The position numbers and the translations under genes are program-made. A stretch of 64,000 nucleotides of DNA from Candidatus Marinacidobacterales bacterium (GTDB taxonomy: Bacteria; Acidobacteriota; Vicinamibacteria; Marinacidobacterales; SMYC01): contig CBDCYI010000004.1 in the NCBI GenBank assembly GCA_965224085.1, forward strand, positions 128,001-192,000. The letters are read 5' to 3'. The notes below the pieces were generated by a model, which saw only the letters and a list, made by a program, of their open reading frames with translations, did no database searches and was not told where the DNA came from. Each line of letters begins with the position of its first letter. Within the stretch, counting starts at the first letter, position 1. Positions 30,588-41,024 of this stretch are shown in pieces.

Positions 30588-31777
30588 GGCGCACTCACGC
30601 TTCGGTAGAGAGCTTCGATGCGCGGCAGCACCGCCTTCTCCGAGAAGACGACCTCTGCGCGGGCTAAAGCACCTTGGCGAAGTCGCTCGGCGAAGGCCTC
30701 GTCGGTGAGCACGCGAGCGAGCTCTTGGCCGAGGGCTTTGACGCCCGTCCCCAAAACACCGCTCTCTCCATGCACCACGAGCTCGGCGCTGCCGCCCGTG
30801 GGCTCGACCACGAGCACCGCGCCGACGGCGAGGCCGTCGAGGAGCACGCGCGAGAGTGGCTCTTGCCATCGCGATGGGAAGAGCACGGCGTCCGCGTGCT
30901 GCATCAACGCGCGGGTTCGCTCTTCGTCGACCCAGCCGAGCCAGGTGACGGTTCGGCCGATCCGCTCCGCTTCGCGCCGAAGCTCAGCCGTCATGCTCCC
31001 GGAGCCTGCGACCACGAGCGGTATCTCGGTCTTGGCCGCTTCGAGGACCGGGAGCAAGCGATCGGGTGCTTTGTTCGGCTCGAGCTTCCCGACGAAAAGG
31101 AGATAGCGATCGGGCAGGTCGCTTGGTTTCTCGAACGACGTGTCGAGCTCGCTCGAGAAATTGGGGATGACCTCGACCTCGGCCCCGGCCTTCTCAATGC
31201 CCGGCAGAGACCGCGCCACATGGCGGCTCACGGCCACGACCGCTCCCGCTTCCGCAAGAAGCGTTGCGCGCCTTTGAAGCTCGGCGCCAATGAAGGGCGG
31301 AACGAGCGGTGTGAGCGGCCACATCCACGGCCGCCGGCGGCCCGCGCAAACGACGCGGCGTGCGTAACTGCATCCCGGGCATGCGTTTGTGCCCGAGAGC
31401 ATCGTCGACCAGATACAGCTCGGCCAGTAGTCGCGCACCGTCACGACCATTGGGAGGCGTGGGGCCGCGAGGCGTGTCGCGATGGCAGACAGCCAGTGCT
31501 GCGCGTGGACGAGGTCCCACGCCTCTTCACCGAGCTCGCGCTCGAGTCCATGGGCATAGGCCGTCTCGCGAGCGCGGCTTCCCATGCGCGCGGCGGGGAT
31601 CGCGACTTCGGAAACCGCAACACCGTCCCATTCCGTCTGGTCGTTGGTCTCACGCCGCGCCACGACGACCCGCACACGATGCCCCCGCCCGGCGAGCGCG
31701 CTAGCGAGCGTCGCCGTCGATCGGCCGCTACCTCCTCCGCCAGGTGGAAACACATCCGTCGTGAGCAAGACGTTCAT
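30584..31777 (-). CDS. Glycosyltransferase family 4
   Basis: VGKLEPNK, PSRWQEPLSRVLLDG. Confidence 0.88.
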   Translation of the reverse strand: MNVLLTTDVFPPGGGGSGRSTATLASALAGRGHRVRVVVARRETNDQTEWDGVAVSEVAIPAARMGSRARETAYAHGLERELGEEAWDLVHAQHWLSAIATRLAAPRLPMVVTVRDYWPSCIWSTMLSGTNACPGCSYARRVVCAGRRRPWMWPLTPLVPPFIGAELQRRATLLAEAGAVVAVSRHVARSLPGIEKAGAEVEVIPNFSSELDTSFEKPSDLPDRYLLFVGKLEPNKAPDRLLPVLEAAKTEIPLVVAGSGSMTAELRREAERIGRTVTWLGWVDEERTRALMQHADAVLFPSRWQEPLSRVLLDGLAVGAVLVVEPTGGSAELVVHGESGVLGTGVKALGQELARVLTDEAFAERLRQGALARAEVVFSEKAVLPRIEALYRSVSAP

Positions 31778-32910
31778 CGCTTCCCTATCATCTCTTTCAG
31801 GATACGATCCAGGGCTTCGCAATGCAGTTGCCAACTGAACTGCGCCACGACGCGCTCGCGCCCGGCGCGGCCCATGGCCTGGGCCCGGTCGCGGTCTTCG
31901 AGAAGCGACCCGATCGCTCGCGCCATCGCATTGACATCGCCCTCTTCGAGCAAAAGACCTTCCTGTTCCGGACGGATGATGGCGCGCAGGGGCGGCACAT
32001 CCAACGTGACCACGGGCATTCCCATCGCCATGTATTCGAAGATCTTGAGCGGTGACCAGTAGAAGCCGAGCTGCATCTGCCCGAGCTTCTCGGGTCGATA
32101 CGGCGCGACGCCGACGTCACCCCATCTCAAATAGCCCGGCATCGCTTCGTAGCCAACGGCGCCGGTGAAGAGAACGCGGTCGCGAAGACCGAGCTCGTCC
32201 GCGAGGCGCCGTGCTGGCTCCCATGAAGGCCCCGCGCCAACGAAGAGAAAGAATGCTTGCGGCAACTTCTCCGCGGCGCGCACGAGAGCGTCAGCGCCGT
32301 GCCACGGGCGAAAGCTTCCCGAGAACACCACGACCGGCCGACCCTCCGGAATATCAAGCGCGGCAGGCTCGATCTCGGGGTGGAACCGCTCTACGTTCGC
32401 GCCCCAATTCAACTGATGCACTTTCTCGGCGGGGACGTTGTCGGGAATGATCGACGGGAGCGGCGTAACGATTGCGTTAGACTTTGCCGCCACCTCGTCT
32501 CGGAGACGACGCATGGGCCGGACGAGAAGTACATTGTCGAGAAAGCTCTTTAGTGAGCCGCGATGCTCCTCCAGCGGTGAGTTGACCTCTAGAAGCGACG
32601 GGATGTCACGCTCATGCGCAGCTCGAATCCCTTCGCCACCAAAGTTGTAGTAGCGCTCGAGGACCGCGTCAATGCCGAATCGAACGAGAAGCTCGGCGAC
32701 TTGGCGTCGCGCGGTCCATCGGAAAGCCCGGTGCTCCAAGAGCATCGCGCTCGGATGAAGCGTGAATGCCTCTCCGGACCCATGGCCGAGCGCGACAACG
32801 TGAACTTCGTGCCCGAGCGACGCGAGACCGCGGGCCACTTCCTCGACGTGCACGGACCCGCCGGTGCGTCCCGGCACTCTCTGGTCGGAAGCGACGTAAA
32901 GAAGGTTCAA
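31774..32910 (-). CDS. Glycosyltransferase family 4
   Basis: GSFRPWHG, SPLKIFEYMAMG; TTG start overlapping the upstream stop. Confidence 0.88.
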   Translation of the reverse strand: MNLLYVASDQRVPGRTGGSVHVEEVARGLASLGHEVHVVALGHGSGEAFTLHPSAMLLEHRAFRWTARRQVAELLVRFGIDAVLERYYNFGGEGIRAAHERDIPSLLEVNSPLEEHRGSLKSFLDNVLLVRPMRRLRDEVAAKSNAIVTPLPSIIPDNVPAEKVHQLNWGANVERFHPEIEPAALDIPEGRPVVVFSGSFRPWHGADALVRAAEKLPQAFFLFVGAGPSWEPARRLADELGLRDRVLFTGAVGYEAMPGYLRWGDVGVAPYRPEKLGQMQLGFYWSPLKIFEYMAMGMPVVTLDVPPLRAIIRPEQEGLLLEEGDVNAMARAIGSLLEDRDRAQAMGRAGRERVVAQFSWQLHCEALDRILKEMIGKR

Positions 32911-33992
32911 ACCGCCTCGAGCAGCAAGAAAAACGGCCCGGTGCGCACCCGCCCAAAGAGCATCACATCGAGCTTCATCAACTGCGATGCGACCGTCAAC
33001 GGCGCGTGCGCCCAACGGCCGATTTCGGGCTTCGTCGAAACATAGTCGTGATCGTGCCCATCATGACCATCCCCATGGTGATGCGGCGCCTTCTCCCGGT
33101 CTACTTTCTTCTTCGCACCGCCAAAGAAGTTGTGCTCGATGAGCGGCAGCATGAGGTCTTCGAAGACGGCCTTGAAGACAACATTGTAATAACGGATGCC
33201 AGCGATGCGGAAACCGGCGCGCACGAGCACGTCGGCGAGTTGCTCGTAGCTTCGAAGCACGTTTTGATGATCGGATTTTCGCTCGCGTTCCGGCGCGTTG
33301 TCGACGAGGCCTCTTTGGTCGAGCCAGCGCACGGTCTTGTTAACGCCGCGTTGAAACGCCGCGAGCCGCGAGCTCATCATCACGTGCGAGTACAAGAAGA
33401 GCTTCCCGCCGGGTCTCAGGACGCGCCGTGCTTCGGCGAGCATCGCATCGACACCTTCTTCATCGAGGTGCTCGAGGACATCGAGCGAATAGGCTTTGTC
33501 GAAACTCGCGTCCTCGAACGGAAGCAGGCGGATATCGCCGCGCGTCAGATCCACCGTTTTCAGAGGTTCGGGCGCGAAGTGCGCGCCGGCATCGATCCCG
33601 ACAAGCTGGCCGCAGCGCGGCCGCGTGAAGTAGACAAAGCGGCCGTTGCCGCAGCCGATGTCGAGGATGCGATCCTTGCTCGACGGCGCAAGCATCTTCA
33701 GCATCATGTCCATTTTGATCCGCGCGGATAGAAAGAGCGGGCGGATCGCGTCCGTCCGGTAAAGGAACGCTTCTTCCGCGTATTCCGTGAGGCTCTCGAA
33801 CGTATCGGCCGGTGGTCGCAAGTCGAGATAGCCTCGCTCCGCGAGCGCCGGAAAGAGGCGACGGCAGCTCGGGCATCGCATGCCTTCGCCATCCGGTTCG
33901 AGCTTGGGCGGTTCGAGCTTGGGCGCGCCGCCGTTCGCCTGGGCCCGACAGGCAGGACAGTGCAGCACGCTCTTCAAATATTCCGAGATCAT
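32907..33992 (-). CDS. Class I SAM methyltransferase with N-terminal CxxC..CxxC (Trm112-like) motif and His-rich loop
   Basis: CPAC...CPSC, ILDIGCGNG, RVLRPGG, HHHGDGHDGHDHD. Confidence 0.85.
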   Translation of the reverse strand: MISEYLKSVLHCPACRAQANGGAPKLEPPKLEPDGEGMRCPSCRRLFPALAERGYLDLRPPADTFESLTEYAEEAFLYRTDAIRPLFLSARIKMDMMLKMLAPSSKDRILDIGCGNGRFVYFTRPRCGQLVGIDAGAHFAPEPLKTVDLTRGDIRLLPFEDASFDKAYSLDVLEHLDEEGVDAMLAEARRVLRPGGKLFLYSHVMMSSRLAAFQRGVNKTVRWLDQRGLVDNAPERERKSDHQNVLRSYEQLADVLVRAGFRIAGIRYYNVVFKAVFEDLMLPLIEHNFFGGAKKKVDREKAPHHHGDGHDGHDHDYVSTKPEIGRWAHAPLTVASQLMKLDVMLFGRVRTGPFFLLLEAV

Positions 33993-35338
33993 TGCGGCTC
34001 GCCCCGGCCGCTTCCCGCGAGGTCATCGCGCGCCACGAAATAGCGGCTCACGACCGAGACCAACCGTGGGGGCACCTCGTAGATCTGATTGTGAACGATG
34101 TCGCGCCATACGAGACGCTGGCGATCCATCAGTCCGAGGCCGAACTGCACCATGAGCGCTACGTTCCACAGCACGACGGCGCCTGCGAGTGTGGCGACGC
34201 CGGCACGCCTGACGTGAGGCACGACGAGCGCGAAGAACGCCGCTCCCCACACGGCGAAGATCACGGTCGCTCCAACGAATCGACGTGCGCCAAAAGCCCC
34301 CGCTTGCGTCCATGAGTCCACTGCCCCGGAGATCCAGACTTGCGACAAGAAACCAAGAAAGAGTGCTAACCCCGCCTCGCGCTCGCGGCGCAGAAACATC
34401 AACCCGCCCGCCGTGAACAACAGGAGGACCGGGCTCCAAAAATAGAGGCCATGTTGGGGAGAGAAGAGGACTTGAAAAAAATGCGGCGAGTACCACGCCA
34501 TCTTGTTTTGCACGTGCGACGATGGCAGCGGCTCTCCGTTCAGAATCTGGTACACGACGAGCTGGGGGAGGAAAACGAGAAAAGCGGCGAGCCCGAACGC
34601 CGCGAGCCGCTTCACGCGATCGTCCATCGCCACCGCCGGGACGAGCGCAGCCACCGCGAAGAACAGATCCTGCAAGCGCACGAGCGCCATGAGGCCCGCC
34701 GACGCGCCCCAAACCGCCCAGCGGAACGCGCTCGGCCGGACCCGCACCCAAGCTCCGAGACTGAAGAAGACGGCGACCGCAAACAAAGAAGCCGCGTGGC
34801 TCATTCCGGGTGCGATGTACATGTAATAAGCGACAGGGGTGCCCCACCAAAGGACGAGGATGGCGACGAGGCAGACGAAGGGCTCGGCGAAGCGGCGGGC
34901 GAGCCGGTAGCTGAGGAAAAGACCGATGGCGCCATAGAGCGCGGAGGCGAGGGTGACGGCCAGCCGGTAAGTCTGCGACATACCGTCCGCAGCCACATCC
35001 ACACCGTGGCTTCCGACAAAAACGAGCCCGGCATGCGCCGCAAGGTAAAAGGGCGACCAGAGCGCGGCCGTGCCGATCTCGCCGAAGTTCAGCTTCAAGC
35101 CGGTTGCCGTCTCGCGGTCGAGGAAGGTCTCCTTGAAACCTTGCCGGCCGTCCGGATCCTCTTCGTAGAAATGGGTGTACTCGTCGGCAAAGTCGAGGTC
35201 CCCGTCGAAGAGCACCGATGGTAAATAAGAGAAATATTCCACCGCGTCCGATTCGGAGATCCGAGGGCTCACGAGAACGAGCGAGCCGAGCAGCAGCACC
35301 CCCAAAACGAGCTCCGTTTTGTCCCGGAAGATCTTCAT
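33989..35338 (-). CDS. GT-C-like polytopic membrane glycosyltransferase
   Basis: SDAVEYFSYLPS..FDGDLDF, HGLYFWSP, FGARRF. Confidence 0.65.
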   Translation of the reverse strand: MKIFRDKTELVLGVLLLGSLVLVSPRISESDAVEYFSYLPSVLFDGDLDFADEYTHFYEEDPDGRQGFKETFLDRETATGLKLNFGEIGTAALWSPFYLAAHAGLVFVGSHGVDVAADGMSQTYRLAVTLASALYGAIGLFLSYRLARRFAEPFVCLVAILVLWWGTPVAYYMYIAPGMSHAASLFAVAVFFSLGAWVRVRPSAFRWAVWGASAGLMALVRLQDLFFAVAALVPAVAMDDRVKRLAAFGLAAFLVFLPQLVVYQILNGEPLPSSHVQNKMAWYSPHFFQVLFSPQHGLYFWSPVLLLFTAGGLMFLRREREAGLALFLGFLSQVWISGAVDSWTQAGAFGARRFVGATVIFAVWGAAFFALVVPHVRRAGVATLAGAVVLWNVALMVQFGLGLMDRQRLVWRDIVHNQIYEVPPRLVSVVSRYFVARDDLAGSGRGEPQ

Positions 35339-36177
35339 GAGGACTTTCTGAGAAGGAGCTCCAAGTTACTAATAATGATGTTCTGGGTGAAGCCGTTCCG
35401 CTCCAGGGCGCTTCGCAGAAAGCCCGGAAGGTTCCGCATGAAAAAACCGCTCACATGGCGCTCTTCCTGCACGACATCGTAGCCGACTTTCTCGAGCCAC
35501 CGGTGGACCCCCGACACCGTCACTTTCTGGATCAGGTCGTCTTGTTTGGTCTCGCCGCGCTCTGCCATCAGCTTGAATGTGTTCGACTCTCTCGGCTCTT
35601 TCAGCCATTCCGGTCTTTTTCGGGCGATGTAGAAATTCAGCCGGAAGGCCCAGCTGCGAGGCAGCAAAAGATGGATCGGGATCGGGATACGCAGCCTCGA
35701 GAGGTGCGCGCCGGCAAAGCTGAGATACGGCGGGGTCTGAAGGAACAAAACGCCACCAGGCCGCAGCACGCGATGGCATTCCGCGAGATAGGACTCCGGT
35801 AAGTGCACGTGCTCGATGACCGAGTGGGAGAGCACGAGATCGAAGCTCTCCGCGGTGAATGGAAGCGCGGCGCCGTCCCCCTGCACGAAGCGCGCATTGC
35901 CGATCTTGCGCTCGCGCGCAAACCGCACACCCGCATCGCCGAACTTGTTCTTGATATCGAGCCCGACAGCCTGATCGCATTCCTCGGCGAACGAGACCGC
36001 GATGCCGCCGGAGCCGCAGCCCGCGTCGAGGACGCGGCCTTTCACATCGATACCGTCCCTTTCGAGCCGCTTCAGGATCTTGGCGCTGCGGTAGTACTCG
36101 AAGAGCGCGTAGTGATAGCTCGAGCGGAAGCGGATATCTCCGTGCTCGCGGATGGCATCGTTTTTGATCTCACGCAA
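35335..36177 (-). CDS. Class I SAM methyltransferase
   Basis: VLDAGCGSG, FDLVLSHSVIEH, RVLRPGG. Confidence 0.88.
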   Translation of the reverse strand: MREIKNDAIREHGDIRFRSSYHYALFEYYRSAKILKRLERDGIDVKGRVLDAGCGSGGIAVSFAEECDQAVGLDIKNKFGDAGVRFARERKIGNARFVQGDGAALPFTAESFDLVLSHSVIEHVHLPESYLAECHRVLRPGGVLFLQTPPYLSFAGAHLSRLRIPIPIHLLLPRSWAFRLNFYIARKRPEWLKEPRESNTFKLMAERGETKQDDLIQKVTVSGVHRWLEKVGYDVVQEERHVSGFFMRNLPGFLRSALERNGFTQNIIISNLELLLRKSS

Positions 36178-37300
36178 GGCAAGCCTCGTAGAGATCGAGA
36201 TAGGTCCGGACCGCGGTCGCCGGACGCAGCTCCTTGTCGATGCGCGCTCGCGTCGCTTCCGAGGAGCGTGCGGTGCGACCGAGCTCGGTGCGGATGACTT
36301 TGGCAAGTGGCTCGATTTGCTCCCGTGGCACGATGCGGACATCGTCGGGAAAGAGCTCGCTGAGCTCGATGCCTCCTGGGTGATCAGCCGAGACGATACG
36401 AAGGCCGGACGCCAGCGCTTCCGCCGCCACCGTGGGAAAGGCTTCGAGTCGCGAAGGCAGCACGAAGAGATCCGCAGCGTGGTAGTAACGCGGAAGCTCG
36501 CGGTTGTCGACGAGGCCGAGTAGCGTGACCACGCTTTCGAGCGAAAGCTCCCGGATCAAACTTTCGAGCTCGCCGCGGGATTCGCCTTCTCCCGCGATGA
36601 TGAGCTTGGCGTCGGGAAATTTTTGGAGCACGAACGGCATCGCCTCGACGAGAAAACGCTGGCCCGCCAGAGGATGAAGCCGCTTGACGTTGAGAAGAAG
36701 TGGGCCTTCGATGCCGAGCGCTTGGCGCGCTTTTCGGCGTTCGCCCTCGGTCGGCGCGCGAAAACGATTATCGACAGGTGGGTAGATGACCGCGGGATGT
36801 TTGGGGACGATGCCGAGCTCGATGGAGCGTTCGAGCAACAGCCGGCTGTAGAAGGCCACGTGCTCGGCGTTCTCGTTCATCCACAAGAACGGATCGATCC
36901 GGCGCCGCTGGTAGTGCCAGATCTCCGTTCCGTAATGCGTGAGGACGTAAGGCAAACCCCGCCCGCGAGCGATGGCCGCGGCTGCCTGGTTCATGAACGT
37001 GTTGCTGTGGATGTGCACGACGTCCACGTCGTGAAACGCTTTGCGCGCTTTGGCGCGGACCGCAAACCACGTCTCGAGCTGGCTCAACCGAAGCTTGCGG
37101 CTAAGACCGTTGCGCGGGCGCGGGATATAGTGGACGCCGGGGTTTTGGGGACTTTTTGCGGGACTGGGGTCGCGAGGCTCGAAGGCCATGAGCTGTACGT
37201 CGTGGCCGTCCGCGACGAGCCCGTCGTGCAAAAGCTGTGGCAAGAGCGCGTTGGCCGCCTGATCGGGCGGAAGGTGCGGGGTGACCATACATATCTTCAC
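36170..37300 (-). CDS. Glycosyltransferase family 4
   Basis: ADLFVLPSRLEAFPTVAAEALASG. Confidence 0.88.
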   Translation of the reverse strand: MKICMVTPHLPPDQAANALLPQLLHDGLVADGHDVQLMAFEPRDPSPAKSPQNPGVHYIPRPRNGLSRKLRLSQLETWFAVRAKARKAFHDVDVVHIHSNTFMNQAAAAIARGRGLPYVLTHYGTEIWHYQRRRIDPFLWMNENAEHVAFYSRLLLERSIELGIVPKHPAVIYPPVDNRFRAPTEGERRKARQALGIEGPLLLNVKRLHPLAGQRFLVEAMPFVLQKFPDAKLIIAGEGESRGELESLIRELSLESVVTLLGLVDNRELPRYYHAADLFVLPSRLEAFPTVAAEALASGLRIVSADHPGGIELSELFPDDVRIVPREQIEPLAKVIRTELGRTARSSEATRARIDKELRPATAVRTYLDLYEACLA

Positions 37301-38292
37301 GCGTTCACCCAAGCCTCTCGGAACCCGCAGAAGGTCGCGCCGCGTGCGCCGTTTTGCGTCAGAAAGGCCAAAAGCGTCTCGAGCTCGCGATAGAACCGGT
37401 CCACGTCGTCCTGGGTCTGGTTGTACGGGCTTCCGCCCGGAAGAAGCTCGCTCGAGTGAAAAATGATGTTCGCCGTGGGCGCCTCCCCATCCAAGACACG
37501 TCGTGCGAGCTCGAGCATGTCTTCGGTCTTGGAGTAGGAAGGTCGAAGCCAGATCGGTCGTGTGATCCGGAGAAGCCTCAACGCGCGGCGAAACTGATAG
37601 GCGGGCGTGACATCGGCATAGGCCGTTTGCAAGATTCGTGGCCATTTGCGATCGAGCGCGCTCGTGATGGGGATTTCGAGAAGTGTGCTCTCGCCCGCGC
37701 GCCGTGGATCTTCACGGCTCAAGAAATACGGCACGAGGGGCGCCCCCGCGAAAGACGGACCGCCTTTGCGCTTCTCATTGAAGAACGGATCGACGCTCGA
37801 GTCCACGAGATAGCCTTGCTCTTCGAGGATCCCCACTTGCCAACCCGTGAAGCCGTTTCTTCCGGCGCGATAGGACACAGGCGCCTGGTGCGCGATCTCC
37901 GCGACCGCAACGGTCAAGACTTTCAGCTGCGCGCGAAAGTGCTCGGGCGACAAGTTCAACGGGTACAGATGCCCGTCGACGAGCGGCGGCGTCGACCACG
38001 GATGATGATGGGTCGCGATCTCGGCGCGCCCCGTTTCCGCGAGCTCGCGCAACACTTTCTTGGCGCCGTCATCCACCGCCATCTCGTGCGTCACAAGATA
38101 GGTCGGCGGCACGCCGTAGCGATCGCAGAGCTCTTGAAGGCGCGGAAGCTCGTACACGTTGCGCACCGGGAGCGCCTTACGCGCGTTCGGCTCCCACTGA
38201 TTGTCAGCCTCGGTATCGACTCCGAGAAGGATGCGCGTGTCAATCTTAGCCTTAGTCTTAGCCTTAGTCTCAGTCTCAGCCTCAATCTCCAT
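37297..38292 (-). CDS. Polysaccharide deacetylase (WalW-like)
   Basis: VDTEAD, PTYLV, HHHPW, YRAGR, DSSV, FHSSEL. Confidence 0.85.
   Translation of the reverse strand: MEIEAETETKAKTKAKIDTRILLGVDTEADNQWEPNARKALPVRNVYELPRLQELCDRYGVPPTYLVTHEMAVDDGAKKVLRELAETGRAEIATHHHPWSTPPLVDGHLYPLNLSPEHFRAQLKVLTVAVAEIAHQAPVSYRAGRNGFTGWQVGILEEQGYLVDSSVDPFFNEKRKGGPSFAGAPLVPYFLSREDPRRAGESTLLEIPITSALDRKWPRILQTAYADVTPAYQFRRALRLLRITRPIWLRPSYSKTEDMLELARRVLDGEAPTANIIFHSSELLPGGSPYNQTQDDVDRFYRELETLLAFLTQNGARGATFCGFREAWVNA
38241..38290. repeat. Degenerate hexanucleotide tandem repeat at the 5' end of the deacetylase gene
   Basis: TTAGCC/TTAGTC/TCAGTC/TCAGCC units, encoding EAETETKAKTKAK. Confidence 0.6.
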
Positions 38293-39401
38293 CACGCTTC
38301 CCGATCCTGATCGGAATCTCCGAAGGTAACGTGCCAGCGGGACGTGTCGCGGAAGAACCTTTCGTCGACGTGGTCGCTTCGGATGCGCACGCAAAACTGC
38401 ATCGGGCTTTCGAGCCGCATGAAGCCTTTGTTGGCGAGCCGCGAAGCGATTCGGCGATCGAAAGTGAAGGTCTGCATGCGTGCCGCGCCCCGCTCGCGCG
38501 CCCAAGCGAAAGCCTGGTCGAGTAGAGCCCCAATCGTGGCTTTGTCCTCAGGATGCGCCAGCAGGTCGACGAGGAGGGCGAGTGGGACGCTGTTTCTCTC
38601 CGTCATCCGCAGTACGATGTAGCCCGAGAGCTCGCCGTCTCGGTGCGCCTCGAAGACGTCATAGCTGACGTGCGGTACGCGGTGGTACTTCCACTCCAGG
38701 TAGCGCGCCTTGCGTTCAGCAATGAAGTCGAAGTTGGGCGCGACGCGCTCCCACAGAGCGTCGTAGGCATCGTCGAAGGGTTCCATGACCGCACGCGTCT
38801 CGATCGTGGCGCGCACTCGGGTCTTGCGCTCAGGAAAGACGAGCCAAAAGAACAAAGACACGAAGGGCGCGAGCACGGCCGCGACGGCCGCGCCGAGACG
38901 GCGTGTGAGAAGGCCACGGACGTCGAGCACTTTCGAGAAGCACGGCACCGGGCCGACATCCTCCCAATTCAGCCTCTTGAAAAGCGTATAAGAGGAGACC
39001 GACAAGCCCAGCCCGAGCGAAGCCTCTACTTGCTGGTCCCAGTACAGAAACAGCCGCGAGCCGATGCCCTTTCGCTGGAGGTTGGAGCCAACCATGACGT
39101 CCATGCCCCAGGAGGCTCGCAGGATCTTGCCCAGAACTTTGAGTCGAACCGGCATCGTCGCATATTGGCCGAGCACCCGATCACCTTCTTTGGCCACCCA
39201 GATTTCGGGGCCTTCAGGCGGGCAGTTCGGGTTGTCTTCGTACTGCCATCGCCAGCGCTCGCGGCTGTTCTCGGTGGCTTTCGCGCCAAAGACCTCTCGA
39301 TACATGGCTTCGAGCGGGCCTCGATCCGCCTCCGAGCGTCGCGAGATCGCGATTCTCTCTCCCGGGCGGCTTGCGGCCGTCATCGTCGGTGCAGAAGACA
39401 T
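38292..39401 (-). CDS. GNAT-family N-acetyltransferase (two GNAT-like halves)
   Basis: WRWQYEDNP, DVMVGSNLQRKGIGSRL, YLEWKY. Confidence 0.8.
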   Translation of the reverse strand: MSSAPTMTAASRPGERIAISRRSEADRGPLEAMYREVFGAKATENSRERWRWQYEDNPNCPPEGPEIWVAKEGDRVLGQYATMPVRLKVLGKILRASWGMDVMVGSNLQRKGIGSRLFLYWDQQVEASLGLGLSVSSYTLFKRLNWEDVGPVPCFSKVLDVRGLLTRRLGAAVAAVLAPFVSLFFWLVFPERKTRVRATIETRAVMEPFDDAYDALWERVAPNFDFIAERKARYLEWKYHRVPHVSYDVFEAHRDGELSGYIVLRMTERNSVPLALLVDLLAHPEDKATIGALLDQAFAWARERGAARMQTFTFDRRIASRLANKGFMRLESPMQFCVRIRSDHVDERFFRDTSRWHVTFGDSDQDREA

Positions 39402-39453
39402 GGTCGAAGAAGAAGATCCTAGCACGAGGCTCGTGCTGGGGTCGGAAGCCGGC

Positions 39454-39648
39454 CTAGTCCGGGGGCATGACGAGAGCGAGGATTACATAGACGAGGATGC
39501 CGGGAAAAGCGGCCGAGCAGATCGAGACCAGCACGTAGGCAACCCGGACAATCGTGGGATCCCAACCGAGCCATTTGGAAAGGCCACCGCAGACACCGAG
39601 GATCATGCGATCGCTGCTGGAGCGCGTGAGCCGATTCGAGCTCGTCAT
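39454..39648 (-). CDS. PspC domain protein
   Basis: LTRSSSDRMILGVCGGL...DPTIVRV. Confidence 0.9.
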   Translation of the reverse strand: MTSSNRLTRSSSDRMILGVCGGLSKWLGWDPTIVRVAYVLVSICSAAFPGILVYVILALVMPPD

Positions 39649-39710
39649 CTCTCGAGAAGATTACCACAAGCAGTTGAACCTGGGGCCGGCGTCCTTTACT
39701 CTCCCGTTTC

Positions 39711-39989
39711 ATGGGCTGCCTCGTGGGTTGCGTCGCACTCGCCTTCCCCCGTTTGGTGCTCTTCTTCATGTTCCTCACGAGCAACTATATCGGCCGCGCT
39801 TACGAAACGAACCTCTGGCCGGTGGTGGGCTTTCTCTTCATGCCGCTCACGACGATTGCTTATGCCTGGGCGGTGAACGCGAATGGCACGGTAACGGGCG
39901 CCTATCTCGTCGTAGTGGTCATCGCGGTCCTAATGGATCTGGGGACGACGGGTAACGGCGCCCATCGTGGCGCCAAGCGGTGGGAGTAG
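39711..39989 (+). CDS. Small hypothetical membrane protein
   Basis: PRL...GFLFMPLTTIAY; hydrophobic helices. Confidence 0.7.
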   Translation: MGCLVGCVALAFPRLVLFFMFLTSNYIGRAYETNLWPVVGFLFMPLTTIAYAWAVNANGTVTGAYLVVVVIAVLMDLGTTGNGAHRGAKRWE

Positions 39990-40874
39990 CTACTGGTTCG
40001 GGAAGAAATTCAGCCCCGTCACGAACGAGACGATCACGGCGATGGCGGTGAGCGCGATGCACACGACGGCGAGAAGCAAGTGGTCGCCTCGCTCCGGCTT
40101 TAGCGGGTCGAGAAACTTCGCCACAAAATAGCCGCCCACGAGCCCGCCGAGGTGAGCCTGGTTGTCCACGCCGCGCATAACGATCCCGAAGACCGCGAAC
40201 ATGATGGCGTAGAACTTCATCTGCTGCTCGAGGGCGGAGCTTCCCGTGCGCCGGCTGTAATACCAGAGCGCGCCTAGGAGCCCAAAAACCGAGGCGGACG
40301 CCCCGATGGTCAGCTGCGCTCCCGCGAGACCCACGAAGGATAAAAGCCATCCAAACGGTAAATAAGGATAGATCAGCATCGCCGCGCTGCTGAACGCGAA
40401 GCCGGTGATACATGCCACGGTATAAATGATGATCATCCGGCCCGCGCCGTAATACTCCGCGACGGCGGGCGCGAAGCTTCGGACGATATACATGTTGAAG
40501 CCAATATGCATGATCCCGCCATGAAGCCACCCCGCGCTCAGAACCGTCCACCAGCGGCCGAGCTCGAAGACGGGGATCTGGCCGCTCGCCCCGAAGATAA
40601 AGAGCGCGTTGGTGCTCGGGCTCAGCATGTTCATGAACCCGCCCATCTGGATGCCGGAGGGGTCCACGGCGAGCGTCGCGATGTAGAGGAAGACGGAGCC
40701 GGTGATGACGAGCTTGACGAAGCCCATGTCGCGGCCGAGCGCACGGATGGCGCCCCCGAAACCCCACATGCTGGGATTACTGCGCCCGCAGTTGAAGCAC
40801 GTCTCGTCGTTCACGCCGACGAGCTGGCCGCACGAGGAACAAAGGACGGATCCCGACTTTTGTCGTTCGAACAT
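39990..40874 (-). CDS. Rhomboid intramembrane protease with N-terminal Zn-ribbon
   Basis: CSSC..CFNC, HGGIMHIGFN, GASA, AHLGG. Confidence 0.92.
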   Translation of the reverse strand: MFERQKSGSVLCSSCGQLVGVNDETCFNCGRSNPSMWGFGGAIRALGRDMGFVKLVITGSVFLYIATLAVDPSGIQMGGFMNMLSPSTNALFIFGASGQIPVFELGRWWTVLSAGWLHGGIMHIGFNMYIVRSFAPAVAEYYGAGRMIIIYTVACITGFAFSSAAMLIYPYLPFGWLLSFVGLAGAQLTIGASASVFGLLGALWYYSRRTGSSALEQQMKFYAIMFAVFGIVMRGVDNQAHLGGLVGGYFVAKFLDPLKPERGDHLLLAVVCIALTAIAVIVSFVTGLNFFPNQ

Positions 40875-41024
40875 CTTTGGTGGCATTCTAGCAGGCAAAA
40901 GAGAATTTCACTCGCCTGGGTACTTTCGAGTGAACGAACGATTTCGGTCACTCCCCGATGACCTCCGCCCACGCGGGCGGTGCCCTTGCTGTCAAATTGA
41001 GCTGGTGACTGACAGAATGGTCCA

